From the sequence record MW760841.1: a stretch of DNA of 64,000 bases; one strand, given 5' to 3'. This document shows, in pieces, positions 45,340 to 56,054 of this stretch. Under the pieces are notes generated by a model. The model was given only the letters and a program-made list of their open reading frames with translations. It was not told the DNA's origin and did not search any database. Position 1 is the first letter of the stretch. Every line of letters starts with the position of its first letter. The position numbers were made by a program, and so were the translations under genes.

Positions 45340-46689
45340 ATGGGTTACTGGTCTAAACATGCACAAACGGTGGGAGAGTTAAAGCTCATTGCTGCCGAGT
45401 CAATTAAATTTCAGGATAAGAAGAAACTGGCTGCGTTAGCAGAAATCATCGCTGCCTTCCAGGCGGCGGGCGATTACTCTGTGGCGGCCTACGACACTTC
45501 CGGTGTTGCCGAATGGGTACAGGATACAGTGGGTATCGGTATCAAGCTCAGCACCGGTCATGAACTGGGTCTGGAACACGAACTGTTTGCGGCGGTTGAG
45601 CCTCCGCAGATTGATGCGAACAACCCTATCATCGCTGACCTGCAAAAGACCACCTATCAGGGCAACAAAGACCTGGACTTGTACACCAAGTTCCTCAAGG
45701 ACAATGCGCTGAACGGTGAGTTTGATGATGCCAATGCGAAGCTGAAAGGCGACCTCAGCAAGATTACCAGTCCGCTGTACGTGACCCCGGAAATCTTCAA
45801 AGGGCGTGCTGAACTGACGGCGTACGAAATTGCGGCTATCATCCTGCATGAAGTCGGCCACGTTTATTGGTACCTGCGTACCTTAATGCGTGGTGTGGTG
45901 GTCAACCTGATTGCGGATGCGGCGGCGAACCGTATGATGGAGATGGATTCCCCGCAGGAGAAACTGCGTGTGGTGAAAGATGTTGAGCGTATGCTGAACA
46001 CCAAAATCAACCAGCCGGAAACCATCTGCAACGACTACAAAAAAGAAAACATGTACATGCACCTGGTGACCCAGACGCTGTTAATGCGTCCGAACATCAC
46101 CGGTGGGCGTGGTGTGGGTAACCGTGTGTGGGAACGTGCAGCCGATGACTTTGCCGCCCGTTTCGGTGCCGCTCCACACCTGGCCTCTGCCCTGTACAAG
46201 ATGGAGATGTCAAACTGGTGGATTCTGCGTAACAACGCGTACACCAACATCTATACCCATCTGTTCGGTGAGCTGATTGAAATCAGTGGTCTGGTCATCG
46301 CGATGTCCAACCCGATTGGTGCGGTGTTCAGTACCATCAGCGTGTTGTTCGGTCTGCTCATCAATGACCCAGGCAGCACCATCTATGATCCACCGCAGGA
46401 ACGTTTCGAAGCCCTGCGCCGTAACCTGGTGGAAGAACTGACCACGTTGAAAGGCGTGAACACCAAACAGGCTCAGGAAAACCGTGACCGTTGCCTGAAA
46501 GGCATCGCCCAACTCGACCAGATTCTGAAAAACGTGAAGGACAAAGACAACGTCTATGCCTTCATCCTGAAGAACCTGACTTCGTACGGTCGCAAAGAGA
46601 AAGCTGCCGTGGATTATCAACGTCAGCTCGAAAGCTACATGTCCAACGACCTGCGCATTGCTTCTGCGAAGCTCCAGCAGTTGGCCTAA
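45340..46689 (+). CDS. Head/ejection protein with an HExxH zinc-metalloprotease-like motif
   Basis: ILHEVGH and ERAADDFA; N-terminal AAE/S prohead-protease-type site. Confidence 0.65.
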   Translation: MGYWSKHAQTVGELKLIAAESIKFQDKKKLAALAEIIAAFQAAGDYSVAAYDTSGVAEWVQDTVGIGIKLSTGHELGLEHELFAAVEPPQIDANNPIIADLQKTTYQGNKDLDLYTKFLKDNALNGEFDDANAKLKGDLSKITSPLYVTPEIFKGRAELTAYEIAAIILHEVGHVYWYLRTLMRGVVVNLIADAAANRMMEMDSPQEKLRVVKDVERMLNTKINQPETICNDYKKENMYMHLVTQTLLMRPNITGGRGVGNRVWERAADDFAARFGAAPHLASALYKMEMSNWWILRNNAYTNIYTHLFGELIEISGLVIAMSNPIGAVFSTISVLFGLLINDPGSTIYDPPQERFEALRRNLVEELTTLKGVNTKQAQENRDRCLKGIAQLDQILKNVKDKDNVYAFILKNLTSYGRKEKAAVDYQRQLESYMSNDLRIASAKLQQLA

Positions 46690-46710
46690 GATAAACGAAA
46701 GGGTATAACC

Positions 46711-47148
46711 ATGACTCACAAACTTTCTTTAAACAGCCTGGTGCTGGATTACAAACGTGCCGTTGAAGGGAAGGGCGTAGAAGGCCCACGCGCGCTCACA
46801 GCGATTGTGGCGTTCGCCCTGGCGTATAACGCTCCTCTGCCGGATAACGGCCCGTACGGCTCTGGAGACGCTGTAAATGGCTGTCTCAAGCCGATTATTA
46901 ACAGTCTGGTCTCCGATGTGAACGAACTGTACTGCATCGACACCGGTTCCATCATCGACATGATTACCGTCATGTACTGCAACCGCTATGACGCCGCTCA
47001 CGGTGGTCGTCGTGCGCTGGAAGCCTACTCGGTGAAACAGATTGTCGACGAAACCCTCGGTGGCGATATCTGGCCTACCGTCATGCTCTGGTGTGACCGC
47101 TTTGTGGACTGCGTGCGTTTCTACCTCAGCGAAACCAAGAAGGGGTAA
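46711..47148 (+). CDS. Putative virion protein
   Basis: 145-aa ORF in the structural operon. Confidence 0.65.
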   Translation: MTHKLSLNSLVLDYKRAVEGKGVEGPRALTAIVAFALAYNAPLPDNGPYGSGDAVNGCLKPIINSLVSDVNELYCIDTGSIIDMITVMYCNRYDAAHGGRRALEAYSVKQIVDETLGGDIWPTVMLWCDRFVDCVRFYLSETKKG

Positions 47149-47151
47149 GTC

Positions 47152-48867
47152 ATGACGAGTATGACGATGGTGGGGGGCTTGGTTGCACCGGCCCCGCAGT
47201 GGCGTTTAGGCGAAATTGGTGAGCTGCTCAAAGAGCACATGAACACCAAGATTGAAAGCCTCGACCAGCTGACGCTGTACATGCAGCGCAATGACGCGGA
47301 TATGCTGTACGGTGGTCGTATGCTCGCGCAAATTGACGCCATCCTCGATGACCTGCGTCGCAACGGGATTTCCCGTGACCTGGCCGTTGCGGTGGAGTCA
47401 GCTCGTCCGGGTACGATTCCGAAGAACGTGCAAAGTCTGTTGACCTCCAACTATACCCGCACCGGACAGAAAGAGACCATTGCGGCGCTCGAGTCCTGGA
47501 AAGAAGCCGGTAAGCTCGGCCTGGTGGTGTTGGTGATTACCGCTGTGCTGAAAATGCTGAGCTGGATTCTGTCCAACGGCAACGGGTACAGCCCAGATGC
47601 TTCCGGTAAAGACTTTAACGACCGGGCGGAGTATGTGGACAAGGTGAAGGCAAGCGTGGAGACCCGTATCGAAAAGGTACAGGAGAACGTACGTCCCGAA
47701 GCGAAAGCCACCACTCAGGTGTGCCAGTGCGCGTCCGTACAAGATGCGTACATGGATGCGGTCAGTAAAGGTAAGGTTCAGCAAGGTGGGGCGAAACAGG
47801 CCGCTGTAGCGGCGTTGAAGCTCGACAAAGTCATTGCCAAGGTCAAAGGGCAGGACTGGGTGGACTACGCTTCCCTGCGTGCGGGTAAGTCGGTCTTCTC
47901 CGGTATCTTCGATGATATCGTGAACGGGAAAGGCAATGCCAACGATATTATCGATGTGGCGTTGAACCGTTTACTGCGTGACTATCACCTGGGTGATGCA
48001 GTGTTTACCCAACGTGGTGCGGGCCTAATCTACGCATCCTTACCGGAGCGTCTGCGTAAAGCCGGGATTCGTGTGCCGATGGATAACGTGTTCACGATCG
48101 CGAACAACCGCTTTGGTGAACTGGCGGCGTACTTTAACTCAGTCGCGAAAGGTTTCGATGACCTGCGTCAGGTTGACCTGACCACAGAGAATCCTGACCT
48201 GCACGCGGTACGTACCAGCTTTGCCGCTGCGATTCGTACGTTGAACGACACCCTGGCCACCAGTATTCCGGATGTCTCTAAGAAAGGGATGTCTCTGGAT
48301 ACCATGCCAGCAGCAGCGATGACTGAACAACAGGCATCAACGTTGATTGGTTACGGCGACCCGGTTGGGTTCATCGGCGGGAAAGTGATTGTGGCTGCCG
48401 GGTACGAGTCGTACCTGAACGGGACATCGTACGGTCTGATTAGCGACGAGCTGAAACCGAACGACGGTGAGCTGGAAGTGATTCTGTCCGCTGTGTGTGC
48501 GATGATGAATAAAGACAACATCAGCACGAACACGAACGTCTCGAATATGTCCGGGTACAAGAAACTGGAAGCCGATGTTGAACTGCTGATTTCGAAAATC
48601 GAAGTCTGGCAGAAAGACATGCAACGTCACAAAAACGTTGACCTGAACAAACTGGGTCAAGACCTGGCCGCCGGTGCTCTGGAACAGCGCTCTGATTCAC
48701 TCAACATGGGTCGTGAGATTTCCATGGAGTATCAGGACAACCCTGACTTCTTCGCTACGCTGCGTAAGCAGATGTCGTACGTACGACAGATTTGTCGCGG
48801 GGTGTTGGGATTGAACCGGGTAATCACGGGCAGTAGCAAGAACCTGATCTTGCGGTCGAATAAATAA
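47152..48867 (+). CDS. Putative internal head protein
   Basis: 571 aa; AVE/S and ALE/S cleavage-like sites and a hydrophobic segment after the propeptide. Confidence 0.6.
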   Translation: MTSMTMVGGLVAPAPQWRLGEIGELLKEHMNTKIESLDQLTLYMQRNDADMLYGGRMLAQIDAILDDLRRNGISRDLAVAVESARPGTIPKNVQSLLTSNYTRTGQKETIAALESWKEAGKLGLVVLVITAVLKMLSWILSNGNGYSPDASGKDFNDRAEYVDKVKASVETRIEKVQENVRPEAKATTQVCQCASVQDAYMDAVSKGKVQQGGAKQAAVAALKLDKVIAKVKGQDWVDYASLRAGKSVFSGIFDDIVNGKGNANDIIDVALNRLLRDYHLGDAVFTQRGAGLIYASLPERLRKAGIRVPMDNVFTIANNRFGELAAYFNSVAKGFDDLRQVDLTTENPDLHAVRTSFAAAIRTLNDTLATSIPDVSKKGMSLDTMPAAAMTEQQASTLIGYGDPVGFIGGKVIVAAGYESYLNGTSYGLISDELKPNDGELEVILSAVCAMMNKDNISTNTNVSNMSGYKKLEADVELLISKIEVWQKDMQRHKNVDLNKLGQDLAAGALEQRSDSLNMGREISMEYQDNPDFFATLRKQMSYVRQICRGVLGLNRVITGSSKNLILRSNK

Positions 48868-48869
48868 AA

Positions 48870-48910
48870 GCACTACCCACTCCTTTACGGGAGTGGGTAG
48901 CTTTCTTTTT
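48870..48910. terminator. Bidirectional terminator
   Basis: CTACCCACTCC/GGAGTGGGTAG hairpin plus T-run. Confidence 0.8.
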
Positions 48911-51858
48911 TAGTCTTTGTCGGTGTCGTGCTTGTTGTAGGCAATGACGATATCGTCTTTCAGACCGATACTGCCGTTGGCTTCAATGGCCAGCTTCTTC
49001 CCGATGGTCACACGGGCGGCTTCATCCACCACCGTGAACAGACGCATGTTCTGGTCAGGGCCCATGCTCCCCAGTTCCACACCAATGATAACCCCTTCCA
49101 GTTTCGTCCCCAGTACCTTACCGAGTTCTGTCGCAGAGACAGTATCGTGCGTTTCCAGGTAATCGTTAATCACCTGGCTGGTCTGTTTACGAATGGTCGC
49201 AATCAAGTCGGTGTTCTGACGGTTGGCTGCGGTGAGGTAATAGTTGACGGTGAACTGGTTCTCGGCCGGGATAGGCGTCACTGCCCCATCCTCCGTACGG
49301 GCATTGATGTAACCCATGGTGGTAATCGGCACGAAGAACGCTTCGGTACGTTCCAGCAACTGACTCTGCAAGCTCGGTACCGTTGACGTGATTTTGACAA
49401 TCAAGAAATCGATAACCGTTTGCAGATACGCCTGCACTTCATCACTGTTGGCGAACTTGTAACGGGCGTCAAACACCGCCATCTCGCTACGGAACCGAAT
49501 GCTACGGGGTTTCGCAATGATAGGCTCTTTGGTGGACGGGTCACGTTTCAGGTCACCTTTGTAGTACGCAATCTCACGCGTACCGTCTTCTTTGTACTTC
49601 GGGTCACCTATGTGGTGCAAGTACGTCAGAATCAACGGCGGGTTTTGTGTTTCATCGAAGGTGTACTTCGGCACCCCATGTTCATCACGGTCGAGCACAT
49701 CTTCTTCCCACACCGCCAACACGTCTTCTTCGTAATACTCGTAGTTGATACTGTCCGTAACCGCACGGGCTTTACGCCAGAACGCAGACAGTGACTTCCC
49801 GATTTCAATCTTGAAGATTTCGTGCGTGATGCCGATAGCGTCACGAGACGGTGGAACAATGATGGTATCCATCTCTGCCCGCTCGTAGTTCTTCGGATAG
49901 TACGCCGAACAGCCGTAGAAGACGTTGAAGTCTTGCAGCAGGGCAACCGGTACATTCACCGTGTTACTGGACGTGATGCGGGTGTTGGTCAGTACCAGCT
50001 CGTCGTTACGGTCAACGTCGAGGTTGGTTTCTAACGGGAATTCCCACACACGTTCACCGCCTTGCTTCCCGACCAGCGTGCCGTTGATGTAGGCCACATG
50101 CTCACCGTTACGTGGAGTAAAGGAGATTTGGGCAAACACCTGGTCATCGCTCATCTTCTGGTACGGCGGTTCCGACTTGGTGACCGTTCGCAGCACATAG
50201 CCGGTTTCGGTCATCAGAATCTGGTAGTCCGCCGTCACCACTGACAGCTCGGTAGAGATGTTGGTGTCGATGAAACGTTTACTGGACAGCTTCGGTTTGT
50301 CCAACTGGTAGATACGCACGTCAATGGCGTTGTTGTTGATGTCCAACACGTAATGGAACGGCGTGAACAGGTACGGTGTAGCGTTACCTGCGGCCACGAG
50401 GTCAGTCTTACGTAGAGAACGGGACAGCTCGGTCATTGTCGCATCCACGGCCAAGGCCGCACCGTCGAACTTGTACAGCGTGCCCGGCAGTACGGTCATA
50501 CGGCTGTCATTGATACGCACCGTTGGCAGTGCCGACAACTCATCCCAGCTGAAATACAGTGCCGCTGTCACCGAACCAATTGGCGAACTGACTTTCGACA
50601 GTGTGGAAGCAGGGATTGGCGCAGACAACAGATAGGTACGGTCGGTGACGTAGTCGATGGCGTTGTACATCTGCAACCCGTAGTCACTGACGTCCACCGC
50701 TAACTGGCCTGGCGTTACCGGCGTCTGACGAACACCCACGGCGTTGTTCACCACACGCGCACGCAGTTCATCAAATGGCAGGTCAACACGACCCCCGGTC
50801 GTACGGAAGCCTGACTCGGCAATCATCTGGGCAATCGAGAACGACTTCAACGGGTTCCAGTAGGACGCGTCAATCTCATCGTTCAGGTCACGCAGGTTCC
50901 AACCGAACTCATCAATGGCGTAACCCGACAGGTCAATGTCCAACGGCCCTAAGGTCGTGTAGACGTCCATGCGGATTTCCCCGGAGACCAACCCATTGTT
51001 CAGGTAGACTGATGGGATGGTACATTGAATCGCTTGCCCGTTGACCTGAATCAGTGCTGTCCCGACCGTTGGGTCGTACACGTCACGGCTGTGGGTGTGT
51101 GGAATCTCTACCCAACCGGTACCGTTTGGCAAATGTTGCCAGACTCGGACGTAGAAGAACTTGTTGGTAAAGGTACGCTGCATCACAAAGGTGTTGTTCC
51201 CGACCGTGGTGTCGGCGTGGGACTTCACATCGTACTGCTTGACCGGAATCTTGATACGCAACAGCGTCGACGTAGTGGTTGGGGATGAACCCAGCTCCCA
51301 CTCCAGGGCGTTCGTCGAGACTGGAGAGATAGGTGACTGGTTATCCGTCAACCACAACACCTGGAAGGCCGGGTTCTCGTTCGTCCCGTACGGCAGAACA
51401 CGAATCTCAATCGGGTATTGAATCGCAAAGACGTAACCGGCGACCTTGAACTGGGTATCCCGCGGAATCACCACCTTACGTACCCCGGCAAACTGCAACG
51501 GCATCGCTTTGGCCAACAGGGAGTCGGTGTCGATAATCAGCTGCATCTCCGTCTCAGACGGCTGGGCGAAGACATCGATGTAGTCGACGTCCGACATGTG
51601 GCGGTACAGGTCATCCATGGTCTGGGCCATCGATGGGTAAGTACGTGGAATCGTAGCGCGCACCCCCTCAATGGTGGTGTGCCCCAGCGTCACCCCACAC
51701 TCCAACAGAAACACCACCGGGTCGGTGGGGTCCATCAGGGTAATGTTGTTCGCTGAATCCTGCGCTTTCGATAACTGGTTTAACAGCAGCGTCTGCATCG
51801 CGGCCGGGTTATTCGCCAGCAGCAGCAGGTTCTTCGACAGCGTTTCAATTGTATCCAT
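48910..51858 (-). CDS. Large virion structural protein, probably baseplate
   Basis: 982 aa from ATG 51858, TAATG-coupled to the upstream gene; function inferred from synteny. Confidence 0.65.
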   Translation of the reverse strand: MDTIETLSKNLLLLANNPAAMQTLLLNQLSKAQDSANNITLMDPTDPVVFLLECGVTLGHTTIEGVRATIPRTYPSMAQTMDDLYRHMSDVDYIDVFAQPSETEMQLIIDTDSLLAKAMPLQFAGVRKVVIPRDTQFKVAGYVFAIQYPIEIRVLPYGTNENPAFQVLWLTDNQSPISPVSTNALEWELGSSPTTTSTLLRIKIPVKQYDVKSHADTTVGNNTFVMQRTFTNKFFYVRVWQHLPNGTGWVEIPHTHSRDVYDPTVGTALIQVNGQAIQCTIPSVYLNNGLVSGEIRMDVYTTLGPLDIDLSGYAIDEFGWNLRDLNDEIDASYWNPLKSFSIAQMIAESGFRTTGGRVDLPFDELRARVVNNAVGVRQTPVTPGQLAVDVSDYGLQMYNAIDYVTDRTYLLSAPIPASTLSKVSSPIGSVTAALYFSWDELSALPTVRINDSRMTVLPGTLYKFDGAALAVDATMTELSRSLRKTDLVAAGNATPYLFTPFHYVLDINNNAIDVRIYQLDKPKLSSKRFIDTNISTELSVVTADYQILMTETGYVLRTVTKSEPPYQKMSDDQVFAQISFTPRNGEHVAYINGTLVGKQGGERVWEFPLETNLDVDRNDELVLTNTRITSSNTVNVPVALLQDFNVFYGCSAYYPKNYERAEMDTIIVPPSRDAIGITHEIFKIEIGKSLSAFWRKARAVTDSINYEYYEEDVLAVWEEDVLDRDEHGVPKYTFDETQNPPLILTYLHHIGDPKYKEDGTREIAYYKGDLKRDPSTKEPIIAKPRSIRFRSEMAVFDARYKFANSDEVQAYLQTVIDFLIVKITSTVPSLQSQLLERTEAFFVPITTMGYINARTEDGAVTPIPAENQFTVNYYLTAANRQNTDLIATIRKQTSQVINDYLETHDTVSATELGKVLGTKLEGVIIGVELGSMGPDQNMRLFTVVDEAARVTIGKKLAIEANGSIGLKDDIVIAYNKHDTDKD

Positions 51859-53123
51859 TAGATAAGTCCTGCCTTTTTCAAGATACGTTGGTAGTCGACG
51901 TTGTATACCCACCACGACAGCTTACGGCGGATAGGGTCAATGTGCGGATACCCGTAATAGTTAAACAGCGGCATCATCTGCGGCGGAATCTGCTGCATCA
52001 TGTCCATCCCCTGTGGGATGAAGTTGCCGGTTCGTACCGCTTCGGCGGTCGGTGCCATATCCGGGTTGAAATACGAGACCGTGGCGTTGAACATGTCCAT
52101 GTACAGCGGGTCATCGTAACGGGCACCGATGCATTGCCACTGCAACGAGATATTGGTATCGTCGTTCATCTGTGGCTTGCTGTTATCGACCGAGGCCATC
52201 TGCCCGGCGTTGTTGTTCATCGGCCAGGCGACACAGGACGTCCAGAAGCGGGTGATGTTCCCCAGTGGGTCATAGCGCAATCCGTAGATACGGGTCTGGT
52301 AATCAATGCGCCGTTGAATCGAGTTACGAATCTTCGGCATAAAGCGACCTTCCTTCACGCCGGACATGTACTCAATCCAGATAGAGGCCAGGCGCATAAT
52401 CGCATTCCCGTACGGGTTGGTCAGTGAGGTTGACAACGAGTATTGGTTGTTAATCTCGTGGGTGGAATCCACCATCCCCCACTGTTCACGCTTAATCCCT
52501 TCGTCTGACATCCAGTTATCAACCGACTCATCGGGCATCCCCGAGAGGCTCACGAGTTGTGTCGAAAGCAATGGTATGAAAGCCTGTAAATTGTCAAACG
52601 GGATATCTGGCATAAACGGCGTGCCTAAACGGCTAATCAATTCACCGTTCTTGTTACGTGCCGGGTCAGAAAACCCTAGCTCGAAGTCGGGGTCAAGCGC
52701 CGCCAACAAGGAGTAATCCAGGGACGCTCTGGGCTGCATCGCCATGTTGGAGAAGCGACGTGAGTTCGCGATATTGTTGTAACTTAGGTTAAAGTCGGGA
52801 CGGGTGAAGAAGGTCAAACCCCCGTATTCACGGTTAACCGGAACGGGGTTGTTGGCCATCATATGGTTGAACCCCATGAGGGGATTGGTCATACGCTGCG
52901 CAGCGATACCTAAACCGACTGTCAACCGAATCCTGTCTTGCCACACGGTAAGTTCGTCTTCAATTGTCCCTTGTGTGGGATTCGTGGTCGACTTTCGACC
53001 GTCGAAATAACCCGCTACAGAAGGAACAGCCTCAGCGTTGTTCGGATTGGGAACAGTGTAGTCGATGTCCGTGTTTGCGTCGTAACCAGGATCTGTATTC
53101 TGTTCAGTCTCGTTACTCATCAA
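51858..53123 (-). CDS. Virion structural protein (tail/baseplate region)
   Basis: 421-aa ORF; function inferred from synteny. Confidence 0.6.
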   Translation of the reverse strand: MMSNETEQNTDPGYDANTDIDYTVPNPNNAEAVPSVAGYFDGRKSTTNPTQGTIEDELTVWQDRIRLTVGLGIAAQRMTNPLMGFNHMMANNPVPVNREYGGLTFFTRPDFNLSYNNIANSRRFSNMAMQPRASLDYSLLAALDPDFELGFSDPARNKNGELISRLGTPFMPDIPFDNLQAFIPLLSTQLVSLSGMPDESVDNWMSDEGIKREQWGMVDSTHEINNQYSLSTSLTNPYGNAIMRLASIWIEYMSGVKEGRFMPKIRNSIQRRIDYQTRIYGLRYDPLGNITRFWTSCVAWPMNNNAGQMASVDNSKPQMNDDTNISLQWQCIGARYDDPLYMDMFNATVSYFNPDMAPTAEAVRTGNFIPQGMDMMQQIPPQMMPLFNYYGYPHIDPIRRKLSWWVYNVDYQRILKKAGLI

Positions 53124-53148
53124 TTTTTACTCCGGAGTAAAATTTAAA

Positions 53149-54468
53149 ATGGCAGATACCACTATTGAAACGAGTGTCGTCTCGTTCCTGTCAAAGTTTC
53201 CAGACCTGTTCCGGCAACGTGCCGATTCACTGGAAGAGTTTAACCAGATACTCTACAACGAGTATACGACTCTGGTTGAGCAAACGCTCCTGGGCCTGGA
53301 TTATCTACCGGGTATCCTGGAAAAACTTCAGATTCTGATGGCGGGTAACCAGCTGACAGCGATTTCACTGTTAGTCGGCGTGCCGGAGGTTGATATCCTC
53401 GGTACCCTGGACCAGATTTCTACCCGTCGTAATAGTGCTGATGCAGCCGCTCGTTCTGGTGCCCGTTTGGGTAAATTCGCCATGGGCGAAAGTCGTGGCC
53501 GTTATGGTTTGCCGTCATACGATAACCTTGCCATCGCGGTGGGTGAATCTCGTCGTCCGGGTGGCAGTAAAGGTGGTAACTTCATGGGTAACAATACCCG
53601 CTATGAAGATTACTCCTCCGTCGGTGGCGATATCAATACGGACAACAGCCGTAATGACAACCGCAGCACCACGCGCAACCAAACGAACAACACCACGCAC
53701 AACAACACCATCAACGACAACCACAGCATCACCACCAACAACTACGACAGCAAGTCGGGTAAGGTGTCCTCCACGCTGCCAAACAACTTTATGAAACAGT
53801 TGCAGGAGCAGGAAGGGCTGTCGCAGGGTAAAGTGTTCAGTGCTGTCTTCGAGCGCAACGGTAATAAGGTTGAAGTGCCAATGCGCATTCGCCTGGATGT
53901 CAAGTCCACACCGACCGAAGGGCTGGAAACCATCATCGCCTTTAGCGACCAGACAAAAGATTTCTGGGATCGTTATCTGCGCCTGCAATACAAAAATGAC
54001 CGTAAAGGAAGCGCGCTGGATAAAATTGCTGCGGCAAAAGACCTGGCCTTCTCGAACGATCTCATCGAAGAGTACCGCAAGAACCGCTACCGCGATAAGA
54101 CCGGCTATTACAGCAAGATGATGGAAAAGCGCAATGGCAACTGGCTGTCCGGCCTGCTGACCTTGGCTCCGTCTATCAACAACGCCTCAGGCATCATCGT
54201 CGTTTCTCAGGAAACCATCGATGGTCTGGAAGCGCAGCTGGGTGGTAGCTTCGACGACTTCAATGTGCGTCAGCGTGTCTTCCAGGATAGCCTGACCGTG
54301 TACTACGTGGTTGTTGATACCACCTGGAACAAAGTCACTATCTACACTCGCGGCATGAACGGTTCTCAGGAACTCGACAAGTCCGACTTCTCCAAATCTA
54401 AGGCCGGTAGCGCTGACGTTAACAAAGTCATCGAAGCATACCGCGCTGGCGCACAACCGGTTCTTTAA
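53149..54468 (+). CDS. Putative internal head protein
   Basis: 439 aa; MGE/S and VGE/S sites; Asn/Thr-rich low-complexity insert. Confidence 0.6.
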   Translation: MADTTIETSVVSFLSKFPDLFRQRADSLEEFNQILYNEYTTLVEQTLLGLDYLPGILEKLQILMAGNQLTAISLLVGVPEVDILGTLDQISTRRNSADAAARSGARLGKFAMGESRGRYGLPSYDNLAIAVGESRRPGGSKGGNFMGNNTRYEDYSSVGGDINTDNSRNDNRSTTRNQTNNTTHNNTINDNHSITTNNYDSKSGKVSSTLPNNFMKQLQEQEGLSQGKVFSAVFERNGNKVEVPMRIRLDVKSTPTEGLETIIAFSDQTKDFWDRYLRLQYKNDRKGSALDKIAAAKDLAFSNDLIEEYRKNRYRDKTGYYSKMMEKRNGNWLSGLLTLAPSINNASGIIVVSQETIDGLEAQLGGSFDDFNVRQRVFQDSLTVYYVVVDTTWNKVTIYTRGMNGSQELDKSDFSKSKAGSADVNKVIEAYRAGAQPVL

Positions 54469-54479
54469 GGGGTTAGCGA

Positions 54480-55415
54480 ATGCCTATTCCAAACATGCTG
54501 GCACTGCTGTTGCCAAGCTTTGAAGCCACCAACCTGAAAAACAGCCTCTCTTCGAACTGTGACGCGTTGGCCAATGTACTGTTACCACAGTACCAGAACT
54601 TGCAGGAACTCGTCGGTTCCGTTGAAGGCAAACCGTTTAATTCCAAAACGGTACAGGGCCTCAGCGAAAACCTGGTGCGTTACCTGCGCGAAACCAAGCT
54701 GGAGGTAGCGGGTCTCCGCGAACCTAGCGTCCTCGAGTACATCATCGCTGCGATGGAGAACACGGTTGCATTGCGTCCGTTCCTGGAACAGTGCATCAGC
54801 CGCGACGTCGGTAAATCAGTCGTCACTGCGTCACTGACGTTTAACAAACAAACGTTGCTCCAGATTCTCGACCTGATCGACTTCTTCACAGTGTACTCGT
54901 CCACGTTGCTGAACTACATCACGGCAGAAGAGATTGGCAACCAGCCAAACTCCAACATCGCGGTGAAAGGTGTTGGCCCGAACGACCTGACGTATCTGAA
55001 TGCACGGCTCGTGACATTCGGTATCGCCCTGCGTGTTCTGGCAACCCCAGCAAACAAACTGAAAGCCGACTATGCGGAAATCCCGGAAGCGGTGTTCAGT
55101 GAAGAAACTTACAATGAGTTGGTGGAAGCCTTCGGTTCGAAGACTACTGACCCGTTAGGTCTCTCCGCTGTGCCATTCCCGCTCTCTATCGTTTATCGGG
55201 TAAAACTGTCCTGGGCTGAACACCAGATGGACAAGTACGATGAATGTGTAGAAGCGGCGCACGCTGCCGAGCTTCGTATTTTGCTGTACAAAAAACAGCA
55301 GGCTAACGGTCAGGGCGATGCGCATATCGAGAAACAAATCGAGCGCCATGAGAAACGCTTAGCGGAACTCATGCGTAAACGTGAGCGTTTAGAGAAGAAG
55401 TACGATCTCAAGTAA
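54480..55415 (+). CDS. Putative virion (head) protein
   Basis: 311-aa ORF with a C-terminal coiled coil. Confidence 0.6.
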   Translation: MPIPNMLALLLPSFEATNLKNSLSSNCDALANVLLPQYQNLQELVGSVEGKPFNSKTVQGLSENLVRYLRETKLEVAGLREPSVLEYIIAAMENTVALRPFLEQCISRDVGKSVVTASLTFNKQTLLQILDLIDFFTVYSSTLLNYITAEEIGNQPNSNIAVKGVGPNDLTYLNARLVTFGIALRVLATPANKLKADYAEIPEAVFSEETYNELVEAFGSKTTDPLGLSAVPFPLSIVYRVKLSWAEHQMDKYDECVEAAHAAELRILLYKKQQANGQGDAHIEKQIERHEKRLAELMRKRERLEKKYDLK

Positions 55416-55433
55416 TCGCCACAGGAGCGTAGC

Positions 55434-55997
55434 ATGTTGCAAGAAATCACCCTCCCCGACTTCAACCAGGCAGAACGCATGTTGAAGGCGTACATGGACA
55501 AGCTCACCCAGAACCCTGTCCTCGTGCATGACGATGAAGTCATTCACGGCATTCTACCCGCAGTGGCTGTGGTTTTACCTTACTTCAAGCTGGCCGCGGC
55601 AGAGAGTGTGCAACAAGTATTATATGACGAATATCCGCAAATCGGTTTTACGTTCAATACGTTCTATAACGAGACGGTAGCATTCTTGCTGGAAGGCAAG
55701 CGTCGTACCACCACGGTGGGGACTTTCTCGGTGCTGATGACGTCGTACATGAATGACGTTGCTGGCACGAAGTACGTGGAGCAAACCGGTAGCATTGGTG
55801 CCCGTATGGTCTCGGCAGCCTTTGGTAAGGCAGGTAAAGTTCGCGAATTCGGTAAACAGATGCAGTCAATGCATACCGACCAACGACTATTATCATATGC
55901 AGACCACGAACTGCTGGCACGATGGATGACGCGTACTAACGGATTATCCGATATGATTACGTCGTTGGCAGTGTTCTTGAAAATCGCACGTCCCTAA
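55434..55997 (+). CDS. Putative virion protein
   Basis: 187-aa ORF, RBS CAGGAG. Confidence 0.6.
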   Translation: MLQEITLPDFNQAERMLKAYMDKLTQNPVLVHDDEVIHGILPAVAVVLPYFKLAAAESVQQVLYDEYPQIGFTFNTFYNETVAFLLEGKRRTTTVGTFSVLMTSYMNDVAGTKYVEQTGSIGARMVSAAFGKAGKVREFGKQMQSMHTDQRLLSYADHELLARWMTRTNGLSDMITSLAVFLKIARP

Positions 55998-56054
55998 GGG
56001 GGCCCCTTTCTAGGGGCGTGTAATTCGGTTATAACCAAACAGGAAACAAGTAAG

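Noticed and set aside
53640-53750. AAC/ACC-rich repeat-like tract
   Set aside because: Encodes an Asn/Thr low-complexity segment within a gene, not a DNA repeat element
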